Assembly: GCA_964016885.1 (NCBI GenBank)
Contig: OZ024743.1
Span: 102,176,001-102,240,000 of the forward strand
Length of the DNA: 64,000 nucleotides
From: Eledone cirrhosa
Lineage: Eukaryota
Direction of reading: 5' to 3'
Part shown: positions 35,476 to 51,075 of the stretch, piece after piece
Numbering within the stretch: the stretch's first letter is position 1
Layout of the letters: each line of letters opens with the position of its first letter
Made by a program: the position numbers and the translations under genes
Notes under the pieces: model-generated
Database searches by the model: none
Told to the model about the DNA's origin: nothing
Seen by the model: the letters and a program-made list of their open reading frames with translations, nothing else

Positions 35476-36367
35476 AACACAACAGCAGTCTACCTTTATT
35501 GATGATATATGCCTACAACTCTTCATCTTCTTTCTGGTGAATAGTATGTATGATTTCCTATATTGGACTCAATTCTGTGCCTATTATTTTCATGTTGGTT
35601 ATGACAGTTTCAGCCCTTGCCGAATATTGTCTGACCACTTTTTCTCATTTTGTTAGACGTTGGAAATCTTTCTTGGATTCAGCGTTGAGATCGATGTCTT
35701 TGATTGGCCTACGACTTCGCCAGACAACTCTGTCGGCATTTCTACATCCCTTGGATCATCGATATATGTGCTTCCTTATCCTATTGTTTTATTGTTTTGT
35801 TTTTAAATAACGTTATATTTTACATAATTTGTTGCTGCCTCCCTCTAGCAGTTAAAACAATATAGTTATTGCAAAAATTAACATTTGATTTTTGATCATA
35901 TATCAACTGTAGTGGTATGCATTATACCTCACCACTAGTGCAATGCACATAAATCTAAATCACAAAACGAAACTAAATTGGAAAAAATTGTACTATACAG
36001 AATTCCCTACCATAAAAAAGGATCGATCGACTTTCGTCATATCGGACCGAGGAAACAATGTTTCCGTTGGTCTTTCCAGTTGCTCATACTATCTATCCGT
36101 CAGAACTCTAGGTAGAAGGATCAACGTGAAATAAAAAGTCTTGCTCAAGGACATAACGCATCGCCTGGCCCAGGAATCGAACAGACAACCTCACGATCGC
36201 TAATCCAGTTCTCAACCGCATACCTAATAGACGGTTAATGAAGGGTCCCATTCTCATAGCGTATCCCGAGTAACATAAATATATAGATAACATACACTTA
36301 TTACGAGCAAAACTAAACACTGAAATGTTCATATAGATTTTACAGTCAACACTACAAATATCAGTGA

Positions 36368-36475
36368 TAATTGTTTCTACTTTTGGCACAAGGCCAGCAA
36401 AACCCAGTACATTACTGGTACTTTATTTTATCGACCCCGTAAGGATGAAAGGCAAAGTTAACTTCGGCGGGATTT
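36368..36475 (-). mobile_element. SINE, 5'-truncated
   Basis: Reverse complement of the SINE 3' half. Confidence 0.88.
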
Positions 36476-37671
36476 AATGATGAAATTAATCATATACTAT
36501 AAAGAGACATCAGCACACACTATAATCACGTCATCTAGAATATAAAACTATGTATGTTAAGAAACGTTGATGTTACATTTGGGAAATTTACTACTTCAAA
36601 TATCTTATATAACACGAAAAATGTCTTGATGAAAAAAATATAACTACCACTACTTATGTCGACACATTTCAAATATAAGCTGTTCGTCATATCTAATTAT
36701 CTAGGACACACAAATTAACATTTGTCGATGAAAAACATCGGTAAATATAAACAATTAAACTGTTATAAATTTCCATTTTTCCTGTTGCCATATTTACAAG
36801 TAAATAATTTGCATGTATTGCTTACTGCTAGTCAGTCATAAATAAACAATTTTGAAAGCATAGGTTAAATTTAATATATTTTTGGAATCTGCCAACTGGG
36901 TGGCATGGAAGTCAAATGTTTAATAAATGTTTGATGAAAACTGAATGTCTCTCATTTCACATTCTGTACTTATGGTTTATGTTTTAATGTTAGACAATCT
37001 TTCCTTAGAGAGAGATCGTTTACCCAGAATTGCTTTAATCCGGTCCTGGTTAATCATGTGGTTTCATTGTGTCAGTCTGGACATGTAAAATCATAAGATA
37101 TAATAGTGCACTCTTCTCTTATGTGCGATGTTATTCGAAATAATGAAATAAATCATTTTTACCCAAGCGGTGAATATCGTGGTATATCGTTATGTTTATT
37201 CTTAAACAGTCCCAATAATCTTATGGAAAATAGGAAATTCCAACTACTTCCTGCTCTCGGTTATTGTGTGTCTTGGATTGCAATTTTCTAGCAAATTCCT
37301 TCTACTTTCCTAATTACTGCATACAGACGTTAGGACATCGGATAGAATGCTTTGTAGCATCCGTTCCGGCTGTCTGAGTTCAAATCCCGCCAAGGTCAAC
37401 TTTACTTTTCATCCTTTCGAGATCGATAAAAAAGTATCAGACATGTGTTGGGGCACTCCCCCCCCCCCCCCACACACATTTCTCTCTTTCTACCTTTATG
37501 TTCAGATCTGGAGAAGATATGGGCTACACGAGGTTTAAAATGCCCAAGTGACGCTGTATATCACAACGAGGTTACTATGACTCCAATATTTGCGGGTTTA
37601 TACATACATGCATACATACACATACAATGCATAGACACGTTCATATATACATGCATACATACATACATACA

Positions 37672-37703
<32 letters not shown>

Positions 37704-37711
37704 CATAATAT

Positions 37712-38292
37712 GAAAGAGTATTGGTAGAATGTTCCAGTAAAAACCCCAATAAAATGCAGGCATAACAGACCAGATATTATGATATGGGACAGTAGTGGAA
37801 GTTAGCTGCCCAGCAAATGCCAATATAATATCAAAGATTAGCGAAAAGGAGAATATTTATGCAGAACTGATGAGAAATCTGCAGATACTCCACCATGATT
37901 ATACCTTCAGATTTATGCCTGTGATTATTGGGGCACTGGGATATGTTAGTAACTGCCTCAATACAAATCTGGAGAAGCTGGGCTTCACAGGAACAGAAAG
38001 AACACAACTAGTTAGGAAATTACAAGTACAATCGATTAATGGAACAGTAAAACTATGTAAAATATTCCAAATATTTTGCATCTAATAACTGCATATACAC
38101 ATGTACAGATACTAGGCATATACACATACACACATACAATAACATCCATATCTACACATGCATGCATGCAGACATGCATACATATCTACCAAGTTGATGT
38201 TGTGTAAATTCCAATGAGAGAGTCTTGTGTCTATGTTAGAAACCGACTCTCTCTATTGGCGAAAATTTGTGAAATTATAAAACCAGAACAAC
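37712..38292 (+). mobile_element. Degenerate 3' fragment of a REL-endonuclease LINE (R4/Dong-like) in (CATA)n
   Basis: HNRPDIMIWD…VEVSCP…EKENIY…PVIIGALG; (CATA)n upstream and CATACAT downstream. Confidence 0.75.
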
Positions 38293-38543
38293 ATACATTC
38301 GTACAATTGCTGTATAACTTGTATTCAATAATTAGAAGTGTAGTCATAAATGAGAGCATCAGATTAAATATGTGTAGTAAGATTCAAGTCCTTTCGTTTA
38401 CATTTCTCTTTCCTGCCTCTATTTTCTCAAAAGGTGTATGAGCCAAAAAACCAAAACAAAGGAACAAAAGCAGGAAAAGAAATCAATAAATGCTCTTTTT
38501 GCTGGCGACGTTCTTAGCAAACAATGAGCGCAGAATAACATTA

Positions 38544-38574
<31 letters not shown>

Positions 38575-41484
38575 CGTTTTATATTCTATTCCACCAGTTA
38601 TATAATTATATTCAGATTGTTTTCTAAAAGATGATTGCTTTAGTATCATATTGAGGGAACATTATTCAATTTCCCATTAAATTGTATTTGATATAGTAAT
38701 CGGAGTTAGAAAAAATATATTTGATATGTCTATGTAAACATATTTTCCTTCATTAAATGTGAATTATCGTTCCACAGACAAGCTAGAAATTTGCATTCAC
38801 ATGCTCATTCACACATTTTCCGTTATTTTTCTATATTAATATTTCGTTACATGTATTAAATGTACCTAAGGTTGTTATATGTGTGAAAACAATTGTCTAT
38901 ATTTACAAAATTCAGTATGTTAAATACTAAGACAGGAGTAAATATACAGAATGCATTCACTTGATTGTAATGCACACTACATTTATCTGCCGGCATTTGC
39001 TGGTGATAATTGATAACTATGAATACACAGTATGTATTTCCGTTATATACTTATATGTCAACCTTTATCTGCAGAGTTAAGCATATCTATAACATAGGCA
39101 TGTGATTTCTCTATAGTGTATTTGTATATCTACTGTTCACATATAACCATGTGTCTCTGTTACATCTCTATTTTTTGTGTCATATATATCTCGATAACTA
39201 TCGATCTAAAGCATGATCATTGCACTCGTATAATAACAATGATTTGTACGAGCAGTATTTGAAGAATTCACTTTCTTGTAATGTTATTTGTGTCAGCCAA
39301 ACTGACTGAGCTAAAAGTTCATTATTGCACGACAATAGAAAGGTATAAAATCAGGACTGTAATGTAATGAAGAACAATATTTAGTTTTACAGTTCTGTTG
39401 CTACTCACATCATGGTACTTCACAGCTAAATGGGGTTGGCTAAATATCTTGGCTATATACATATCAGGGCTAAAGGGAAGCTATAAATGGAGAATGTTGT
39501 ATCAGTAAACTGCTGTTTAATATGTATATACCATAACTATATATTATACCGAAATAGCAGGCAATTGGCAGAATCGTTATAAAGTCGGATGGTTTGCTTT
39601 GTGGTATTCGTTCCGGCTCTCAGTACTTTGAATTCAAATCCAACAGAGGTCAACATTTCATTTTATCCTTTCGAAGTACCAGTCTATATCTATTTCTTAT
39701 ATCCTCCCCATCACTATATGGAAGAAATCGATTATGTTCAGACCTGGAGATGGAATTAGATCCATCAAGTTTTAAAATGTCCCCAAAACGTCGTATGTCA
39801 CTAAGGCACATCTACGAATCTACCGGGGATTACAGGTTCATAAACACATACATTCATATACACCCATCACCTCTTTGTTGATGTAGAGTGAATATAATTC
39901 AAGCACTACTCTGTCTTTACATATTGTATACTCCAAAGACAAAAATAATTAAATCAAGCAGGAAATATGTTTGAATAACAAATACACGTCGTTTTAACTG
40001 TTAGGTCGGTGGCCACATTCTTCGCAATATTCTTTTTGAGGAATTAAACCAGAGAAGCCATATTTTGGCACTATATAGTTTACCGTTACTCATTGTATTA
40101 GAACTTTCACATTGTGAACGCGAGGAAATCGCAACTGAAAAATGGCTTCTAATGTTTTAATGTATAAACGTTTCTAATAGTTTTTATATATAAAGGTTTC
40201 ATCGAGGTAGTATAATAACTAGAGAAGCATGCGCTGATCCTGAATCGTACATCTTACTAGTTTATCGTACATCTTACAAGATTTAAAGTTTTGGGTGTAG
40301 TGGAGTGCGCGTGATGCTAAAATTTAGCAGAATTATTGACTGTTACAGTGCGGTTTCCTTTGTCATATTGTCTTATTGATTCAATATTGAATTATATGAC
40401 GCAAGTGAGGTAAAATTGCATAACATCTAAACAGCCAATATACACGCATTGCAGTATTTAGCCTCACTGTTTGATATATTGTCATGTTTAATTTTTCTAT
40501 TATATGTAATTTTCATTGCTGTGAAGTGGATAAATAAATACTAGCCCTTTGCTGTGGTGATCCATATGCGGGTTTGAATTTCGATTCAGAAAGAAATCAA
40601 TATCAATAGTAATGTTTTACTCTTCATATTAAGGAGAAAGAAACATTGAGAGTTATGAAACTGTTGTTAATGGTTGAGGTGTATATGAAGGTATGTACAA
40701 TTTGTATATGTATAATAAATACATAAGAAACTCGCTATGAATGTTCGAAGCTGAGACCATGTCACAGATATCTCTGTGGTAATGTGAGAACATCCGTCAT
40801 CGGTGACATTTACTTACGCGTTTCAGAGACAAGAATTAGCCATAGCTTATATTCTTTTATGCGGCTGGGGTTGCTCATTTACGTATAGTGCGAACTTGAA
40901 AGACTTAGATAAATAAGTAGTAGTACTAACATAGTATGCTACATAGTGTTGTTTACCTCCAGCCAATCCCTGATCGAGTAGATACAGACCTAAAGACGTT
41001 CGAGACATGCCCATCTACTCGTTTGTTTCAAATTTAGTATATACTCAAGACTACATTAATTTAGGTAATCACACCATTCTTGTTTGAAATACTTCGAAAC
41101 GTTGACTACTATTTCTAGCAGGTTGAATTAGCACGTATAGGCTACCTCATTATATAAAAAGAAATTAATGATGTATTTTAATTCCTATTAAATAACTTTT
41201 GCTACAGAATTCTCGTGATAAAAGTAATTACCTCAGATTTCTTTCTCGTCCTCTAAAATAGACGAGCTGCTGGGGTACTAACAATTAAAAAATATATTTT
41301 TAGGAAGATCATAAACAAACATTGTAATAGAGTTTCAATTTTTCCTCCCTCAAAATTCAATGCCATTCATACGTAGTCAAAATAAAATCTATTAATATAA
41401 TGACTATAGTTAGGTTCGTTTTCACTTGAAACTATTTCCCTAACTCTATAATTTACGTGAGTATATAAACATATTACTTTCATT

Positions 41485-41942
41485 TGACGTTAAACTCCGC
41501 CAGTTGCAGACTGCACATCAGCATGAGATATTATTTCTCCACAAATTTCGATCACCAACAGCAGAGTCTAAAAAGCAAAGATCAAGTCCAGTCCATAGGT
41601 TGACATTATCAAGCCATCGTTTTGGCTGCCGGCCTCTGCTTCTCTTACCAGCTATCCTTTCTTCCAGGCATAGCCTACTCACACCACAAATTGATCTTTT
41701 TATATGGCCATATAGTTTGTGTACTCTTGACTTGACAATTGATGTAATTGGTCTAAGTTTGGGAATGTTGAGCAGCTCACTGATACAGATACGGTCGCTG
41801 AGCCGCTTACCAGTCATAAGTCTCATGATGTGGTTCTGGAATGTAGGGATCTTCTGAAGTGACCTTGTCGTCCAATTAGCACAGTCAAGACCATATAATA
41901 CAACTGGTAGGATGTAAGTATCGAAGATCTTAGCCTTCAAAT
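41485..41942 (-). pseudogene. RTE-clade LINE 3' fragment
   Basis: ILPVVLYG…W…LYGHIKR…GKRSRGRQPKRWLDNV…DRNLWR is typical of the RTE ORF C-terminus. Confidence 0.85.
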
Positions 41943-42494
41943 GATAGTAAACTCGTTTTTATGTTAGTACTTTCTAGTACTTATTGTTTCTTATAAATCT
42001 GACTTTTCTTTATATTGTCTAAAAGAAGTGACCACAAAAACACACCAGCTACGTTGTTGTGGAGTGAATGGCACTGCCATGTACTAGATCGTGTCAATTC
42101 CGCAAATGAAGAAACATTGATAGTTTATGAAACTGTATCCACCAATATTGAAAGAATATTCATTAAAATTTTGATATTATAAGTATTTGAAATCAATGAG
42201 TTTTTTGTAGTCACCCTGTAGTATAAATACATTAATCAACAATAATGTGTTGAGACTGATAAAAGAGCAAGGCATCTTACCATCCCGTTTATTGTTTCGT
42301 ATTATCGGATTCTGGCGATGTTGACCAACTTTCCTCATCGATTAAGTCTATGCCTCCGGCATCGTCGTTATCTTTGTTGTCTTCGTCTTTGTCATCGTCG
42401 TGGTTGATATTATATTTGCCGTCCTTTGATTTCATTACATCACAATTTAACCTTGATTTCCTATATTATTTCCCTATATTATTTTATCAACATT

Positions 42495-42675
42495 GGTGGA
42501 TTGGCAGTATCGGTAGCGGGTCGGACGCCATGCTTTCCAGCATAGTTACGTCCCTTTACGATCTGAGTTCAAATCCCGCCGAGGTTGACTTTGCCTTTCA
42601 TCCTTACGGGGTCGATAAAATAAAGTACCAGTAATGCACTGGGTAATTGCTGGCCTTGTGCCTAAAGTAGAAACA
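42495..42675 (+). mobile_element. tRNA-derived SINE
   Basis: 17-bp TSD ATTATTTTATCAACATT (42478-42494, 42676-42692). Confidence 0.92.
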
Positions 42676-44609
42676 ATTATTTTATCAACATTATTTCCTT
42701 ACCGCTTAACGTGAAAGCTATTATAAATTATTACACATTCTATCCAAATGAACTCAATCGTAATAAATCTATTGTTATATTATTTACTATCTTAATTTTT
42801 ATTTAGTTTTTGTCATGATTTGGCTACCTTTCTTAGAAGTCCTTTTATCTTCATACACTGAGAAATAATTGAAGTATACTACGATATACAAATAATATGA
42901 ATTTGAGTACATGTAGAGCCTACATTCCGTGTAAATATTGAAATACCTTGCATTGGAAGGTGTTAATAAAACTTTGAAAATCTATATTTGAATATATTAT
43001 TTAATATATTGTGAATCTCCTCAGCGTTAGTGGGAGTTGAGGAAATAAAGCCCTAAAATTAATTTTGTAAAAATTTACAAAACGTTTTTATATAAAAAGA
43101 TTTTGTAATTGAGAAACTATCACCAGCATCGTCAGCAACTCTATGTATACATAGATTCGTACTTCCTGGTGTTGTTATAGAGCCGCTGTCGTGATATATG
43201 AACACAGTAAGCAGGAAAAAATACGGGCACCCTAGTGATACAAACATAATCTATAACTAGAGAAAAGACACTTAAAATCAAACTGTAATTTCCAGTATTT
43301 TATTTGTAGGACATTGAGGATATAATCGATATCTTTATCATATTTTCATACAAGGTCTAATGAATGTAGGCAGAGAAGTGACTGAGTCGTCATATCGTAG
43401 GTTAGAATGCTTTGCTGTATTCGTTTCGACGTTCTGCGCTCTTTGTGTTCAAATCCAGCCGAGATCAACTTTGCTTTATATTGTATTCAGATTTATAATA
43501 TCGTTCCTGTGCAGAGCTGTGGTCGATTTTTCCTTTATATTTCTTTCTACCTCTTCCAATTATCTCTCTTACTGGAAATGATCGGCTGTTTTCTCAGTTA
43601 GAGAGGGATATGTTCCACTAGGTTTAAAATGCTCAAGTAACACCTTGTGTCAGAAAGCCATAACTTAAATTCCCCAAAGAGTTATGGGTTTCATTTCCAT
43701 TCCTTTTCAACAGGACACATTTTACTTAAGTATACAATGATCAATCCGTCGAAACAGTGAGGGAAGACCCTATATGGTCGATAGATCTTTGAGTAGTAGC
43801 GACAAAATCTTCTTCAAGGCAAATCTTAAAAATAGGAAAGAGACATTCGATCTTTCTGTTTGGTGTTACTTGGTCTCAGGTTGTTGTTGTTCACCTGATT
43901 GATATCAGAGATCAGTCTCTAGTTCCCAGTGCGTGGACGTCGTCAAGCATGATCCTCATATATTAGATATTGTGATTCTTCACATCTAAATAGATGAGAT
44001 GGTCACTGTTGAAATACTTTTGACCTTGGTTTCGCAGAACCCAATTAATTCTGAGAAATTATAACACCCAAGCATCAGTCAACATTATCCTGAAAAGGGT
44101 TGGGAACTACATCACTGGTAAATAAGATAGACATTCTGAATAAGGTGAAGATTATCTAACTCTTAAACTCACGATAAAAAATATCAGAGAATGAGAGTTC
44201 TTTTATTAAGAACGATTAGAGAAAACACAATTTACCCTACTTGTACGTTAAGATATATAGTATATTAACGCTTTTAATATCATTTTACTGTGATCCACAG
44301 CAAGTGTTGCATTTTGTATTGCGACCCGATGTGCCTATGGGTAATAAATCCGACACGAACTCTCTGAACTGTAGTCCTATTTTACTATGCTTTGTCCTGC
44401 GACCCATTGTATTTATTTTGGTATACAATCATGGGCTGGAAACCATGTTATATGCGTTTCTGAATAACAGAGATACACAAAGTGGGTAAGAGAAGTCTTT
44501 CCCAGTAAATGAGATGATGGATGATTCTATTTAAAGTATTGATTTAAATACCTACTGACAACATTAGGAATATATTTAATTCTTATACAATAACATTATA
44601 TTGACTTGG

Positions 44610-44791
44610 GGGATTGGCAGTATCGGTAGAGAGTCGGACGCCATGCTTTGCAGCATAGAGTTACCTCCCTTTATGATCTGAGTTCAAATCCCGCCGAGGT
44701 TAACTTTGCCTTTCATCCTTAGAGGGTCGATAAAATAAAGTACCAGTAATACACTGGGATAATTACTGGCCTTGTGCCAAAAGTAGAAACA
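44610..44791 (+). mobile_element. tRNA-derived SINE
   Basis: 15-bp TSD ATTATATTGACTTGG (44595-44609, 44792-44806). Confidence 0.92.
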
Positions 44792-47130
44792 ATTATATTG
44801 ACTTGGTTTTCACTCTTCGGGACATCGAAAAGTAAATATTAGATTCACTCTACTATATTCTGAAGAGTCTAGAAAACCTTTCATCGACAGATTGCTCTGT
44901 TCATACTTACGTCACTTATCACAATGGCGTTTGATCTTACTAGACAAGACTTCACTTTAACTACCGATTTCATGAACAATTGATAAATGTTCCTGGTATC
45001 ATATTTATGCAAACGTTGTACAAAGCACCAATTTAATGATAGAAATCTGGTTCCTAGATACTGTAAATTATATTTTTACCAATTCTGTATGAATAAAAAT
45101 AAAAATAAAAAAGATGTTTTCATAGTTGAGTGGTTATGATATCGGATTCACTGTCATGAGACCCGAGTTCCTATTCTTTACAAAGGGTTTATTGTTTTCA
45201 TGGTTAATATATTTTCACATTGTCTAAATCTATATAGCTGTAAGGAAATATATACAGAATTATTCATGCTAAAACGAAACAAAATGGACTGGGAATTTGT
45301 GGAATGATTTTTGTTATGTTGAACGCAGCCAGATGTTTTGTAACATAGAGATCTTGCTGATAAAAATGTATATTACATATTTTAGGAACAAGCCGGTATG
45401 AAGTTTATGTTAGTCAATAAAATGCCACCATGCTTAAGTTAGTTAGGAAAAAGTAAATTAATAATATTACTTCGGTAAGGAGAAGGAAGTATTAAGTCAT
45501 TGATGTACATGTCAGATTACTGTCAAGACAGTTGCTATATCCATGTACATTAATATTTACAAGTAGGCGTCAACAGTTGTCATTATCCAGGGAATCCATG
45601 TGCACAAAAACGTAGAATCATGTTAGACGCATCATTAAGTCATCATGTTGAGGAAAACAATCAAATTAATTAACAGTACTTATGTGGCATTGTTAAGAAT
45701 ATTAGTTTTATGTTTAGTCGCTATATTTTTTAAGGAGGTTAAATGGAGTGTGTTGATGTCTGAAATGGTTAACTATATACAGCTTTTTCTCTGGACTATG
45801 TTATATCAACACTGGTTCGCATGTTTGATGGGTAAGTATGGTTTATTAAATATGTTTGAAGTATTCCGAGGGCTTAGCTTAAAGGACTCAGTCAGCAGAA
45901 ACTAAATACGGTAAAGTATTTAGTGCAGAACTCAGCAACTTCCTTCAACTAATTACGTTTCTTGATTCACATTAATATATTTATGAGGCGCAAAAGGTTA
46001 TAGAGAAAGAGATATGGGATAATCTGCCTTTACTGTTCCTCCAAATACTAATACTAACATTGTAAACTCGTACGAAAACAAAAATTGATAGTTCATAGAG
46101 ATTCCAGGCGTTCATAGAGATTCCAGGCGTTCATAGAACCCCTTTACTAGCTAGACTGTACTCACTGCGTTGTGAATGTTTATATATTGATTTCTTTACA
46201 ATTGGCTCAAGGCCTATATATTTTGAGACGCAGGATTTATATTATATTATTCCTAAGTGTTTCATTGTATCAGGAATTACTGACAGATATATCATACTAT
46301 CAGAAATGAGTATTGTAGATGCTCCAGCAGGAGTTCAGCTTGGAATGAAAGATAGAGAATCACCGAAATACCAACGTTTTTGGATATATGGATGTTGAAT
46401 ACAATTGAATATTATGCGTTTCCAGCATAAATGTTTCATAAATATGGCCAATATTTTATTATGGAAATTATCTTCAGTAATTTAATAGCTTTTATTGAAA
46501 CATTCTGCTTCCACTCTTGGGGCTTTCTTAAAATGATATCAATTATACTTCATTGCCTAAATTATTACTTTTTTATTATAGTTGATGTGGTAACGTTTGA
46601 ATTGAAAACATTATCGCTGCAAATTTCCATACCATCTTTAGTTTCAAGACAAATCTTATGACAACCTTTACTGGTCACTCCTGAGAAACGCTGTTCAACT
46701 ATCATTTATATAAATTTAAGTAGATCTATAATACATTCGATCTCTCATATAGATCTCCTCCATAAAATTGAATGTTGGATTGTAAGACGATGAATAAGTT
46801 TTCTGAAATTTAACATGGTAATTCCTATCAGATCTGACTATTTTACTTATATTTCCTCTGAATAGCTTAGTTGTGATATTCCTTTTTATTGTATCTCGTA
46901 GTGTTTGTATTTTATCTTTGAAGGTTATTTATATACAATATCTCTTGTTTAGTAATCTTATCCTAGGGCTGTTCAGCAACACTGAATCTATTCTAATCAG
47001 TTCTTTGGCTTACCTTCTCATTTATCAAACGCCGTAGACGATCTTAAGTTGAATACATAGAAGCCATCGTCTATATTACTGTCACCATGTCGCTTGTTTA
47101 TTCCCTCTTATGTGTAAGAAAACATATGCC

Positions 47131-47311
47131 TGTTTCTACTTTTGGCACAAGGCCAGCAATTACCCAGTACATTACTGGTACTTTATTTATCGACCCCGTA
47201 TGGATGAAAGGCAAAGTTAACCTCGGCGGGATTTGAACTCAGATTGGAAAGGGACGCAACTATGCCGGAAAGCATGTCAGACCCTCTACAGATACTGCCA
47301 ATTAACCACCC
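47131..47311 (-). mobile_element. tRNA-derived SINE
   Basis: Reverse complement of consensus; TSD TATGTGTAAGAAAAC at 47109 and 47312. Confidence 0.9.
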
Positions 47312-47351
47312 TATGTGTAAGAAAACTTATAATGGTTTCTTTCTGTTTCGC

Positions 47352-47417
<66 letters not shown>

Positions 47418-47420
<3 letters not shown>

Positions 47421-47773
47421 GGAAGAAGAATCAGGATGGAGAGAGAGGTACTGTACCCCAGCAAGTTTTATGAAGGGTGAGTGAAAGTGGCGAGAATGGC
47501 CCGAGTGAATGGGCCTTCTCTCTCTATCAGCCTGTAGGTTGAGGAAAAAGAGGAAGAGTGGAAGGGGGTACTCACTCTTCGTACTCCTGGAGATGAGGGT
47601 TACACATTTTTTTCGGGGGTATGTGTTACCCATATGTAATGTCTCCCCCTATTGTGGAAAATCGACTAACTTTTAAATTGTATTTGTGATAGTATTTTAC
47701 ACGTTTCTATTGTATGTAATCTTCCCCTTTGTATTTGTCCCCTTCTTTTGTTCCCCTGTGGCTAATAAAGAAA
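47418..47773 (+). mobile_element. 5'-truncated Tx1/L1-like LINE 3' end inside (TCTA)n
   Basis: Highly similar to 2887-3243; (TCTA)n arrays on both sides. Confidence 0.9.
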
Positions 47774-47775
47774 CA

Positions 47776-47808
<33 letters not shown>

Positions 47809-50027
47809 GATTACTTACCTGCCTACCTGCCTATCTGCCTATCTCCATTTTTTCACTCCCTACCTACCTACCTATCTACCTACCTACCTACCTATCTACC
47901 TACCTGCCTTCTTATCTACATATCTATCCATTCATCTGTCAAGCCATCCACACATGTATGTATGTATGCTTGTATGTAGAGGAGAGTGTTTAGTTTGGCA
48001 TGTGTAGATGTAATATGTGAAACAGTACTATCATATTAGTAAATTTCATTTCACCTAATTGATTGTAGAGGGATGTTATAGGTATTCTTCTTTTCCTTGT
48101 GTGTGCTATGCATCTCAAAGATTTCTCCTTCCTACTATTTCACTTCCTATGATTAAGTTGGAGAATACGCAATAACCTTATTTAAACCAGAAAACAGAAT
48201 ACTTGGTCATATACGATCATTTAAATGAAATATTCCTCGGTCAATTGCTCAAAGCCGCCATTAGGCTTTGCAAAGTTATTTCCTTGAAATTGACTTCCAA
48301 CGTCCTGTACTACATACAAATGCATTAGCAAGGCAATCTTAGAATGTATACACTACATTACCACTGTATCACATTAACAGTTAAAGTTTTGTTTTACTTT
48401 CCTACAATATTTCACAAAAACATTTGTTCGCAAATAAATATATAAACAACCCAGATGTAAATTTGAAAATGATTGTGGGAAATTCCTATAGGAAACTGGG
48501 CTAAAATATGACTTCCTATTTTACAAACCTCATTTAAAGACGAAGTAATTTTAAATATTCAAGATACATACATCAAGATCATTATTATTTCATTGTATTT
48601 CTGTAAAATAGGTCTTTAACGCCACACTAATTTCAGTTGCATTTGACTCCAAATTCTGTAGCAATTAGATTTTATTGAACGATTAGTTTGCTAATCTCCG
48701 TTATGGTGTAATTATTAATGTTATAGCAACCATTTTATTTACATCATATGGATATCTTAATGTCATATATGCACGTGTGTATAATTTCACCATGAAACGA
48801 AGGAATAAAAGAAACGCGAAATAGATACACATACAAAGATAGCAAACATGAGCCATCCACAAACCATGCCTGCAAATAAGGTCTTGTACTTCAGCTTAAA
48901 AACAGGCAAATACAACAGAAACACGCATACACGCACTTACACGCATACACACATACATATACAGGCATACATACACAGTCATACGCATATAATATATACA
49001 AACACTCATATTTGTCTGTGTGTGTGTCTATGTGTATTGATGTATTGGATAAACTAACCGATATATTTAAATTAACATATATCTACATGTTTACGTCCAA
49101 TTACAAAATATTCACAGCAAAGGCGTTATGTTAGACATATATTTATTATATTTTAGGCATGCTATTAAATGAGAATGAAGTTTTATATTTTATTTTAATA
49201 TTTCAAAATATTCTGAGAAATCTCGTCAATTATTTCCCGGAATTATATCGCGTTTTGTTTCAGTTTCACAGATTGGGTGTTATCACAAAATTGAAAACTT
49301 GTGAAGTTAATTAAAACTAACTCATAATCGTTAATCGCAATCTTACCACTAGCCAGTTGTTAAACTCATTAAGCAGTAACTGAATCTGTTTTACTATGCA
49401 TAATGGTATTGTTTTATATATATATACTATTTATATTATATATTTAAAAGAATGAATTTTACTTGTAACTGATTCAAAGTATATATAGATCGATGATAAC
49501 CTTTACTCATACACTAGTAAAACGATCCTACGCAAAGCTGTCACATCAATACCTTATTTCAGATGATTATACTACTGTAAGATCTGTAACTGATACCTAC
49601 CCTTCGACTCTACATTGGGTAGACGCCTATCCTTTACTAAATAAATGAAACAAATACACGGAAAAAAATAATTGTTTCTATGTTACTTTTAGTTTCAAAA
49701 AAGTGTCTGGTGTGTTGTCTAGGATATTTGACTCACCATCGTAAGTTCTTTGGCTCGATTACCAGCGGCGTGAAGCATCTTTTTGTAAAATTCCTTATTT
49801 TGTGTTGCTCCAGTTTATCTAGCTGCCACAAATGTGTTGTATCAGTAATTTAAAGGACCAGATTATCATACGCTGTCAAACGTTGAACCTCTTTGAAAAC
49901 TACGATAAAGATACACGGGTCTGTGGAATGTTCAACAACATGAACATCAAATTTACTCGTAGGCTTTTCCGTTGGTTGAACAACTGGAACACTCATCGTC
50001 AGAACTTTTGGATGCCCAGCACACACA

Positions 50028-50348
<321 letters not shown>

Positions 50349-50529
50349 ATATATATATATATATATATATATGAAAATATGGGTGAGAAGAATACTGCTG
50401 GTTGCACATGGATAACATGTTATAAAATGAGTCCCTCATCAGTGAATTACCAAACGATCATGGTTATTTCATCGCATTAAAAATCACGAGGTGTTCGTCA
50501 ACTTATTGGAGGAATATAAAAGTTGAGAG

Positions 50530-50696
<167 letters not shown>

Positions 50697-50734
50697 TCGT
50701 GTTTATCATGGTATAAGAATGTATATATTAAAAC

Positions 50735-51075
50735 CGAGGCAGCGAATTGGCAGATTTGTCAGAACGTTGGATAGAATGGTTTGTGGTATTTATTCCCTCT
50801 CTCTGCCCTCTGCGTTCAAATCCCGCTGAGGTCAACTTTGCTATTCATCCTTTCGAAGTCGATAACAAAAATTACCAGTTCAGTGCTGTGGTCGACTATT
50901 CCTCTATATATCTTTCTCACTTCCTCTCTTTCGCTATCTACCCCCCCCCCCCTGGAATAAATCTGCTGTTGTATTTAAACCTGGAGAGGGGATAGGCTCC
51001 ATCAGATTTTAAAATGCACTAGAAACGGCATATGTCAATATGGCGCCACTACATTTCCTTCAGGAGTTACGGGAA
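50735..51075 (+). mobile_element. Older SINE subfamily with different 3' tail (similar remnants ~37325-37600, 39555-39840, 43365-43690)
   Basis: GGCAGCGAATTGGCAG head, GTTCAAATCCCGCTGAGGTCAACTTTG; tail …CCTGGAGA…TTTAAAATG shared among copies. Confidence 0.65.

Noticed and set aside
46092-46137. 19-bp tandem repeat GTTCATAGAGATTCCAGGC
   Set aside because: Simple local duplication without spacers; not CRISPR-like
38300-49800. Possible host exons in AT-rich unique-looking DNA
   Set aside because: Only short ORFs with no recognisable domain; small exons cannot be excluded without RNA-seq
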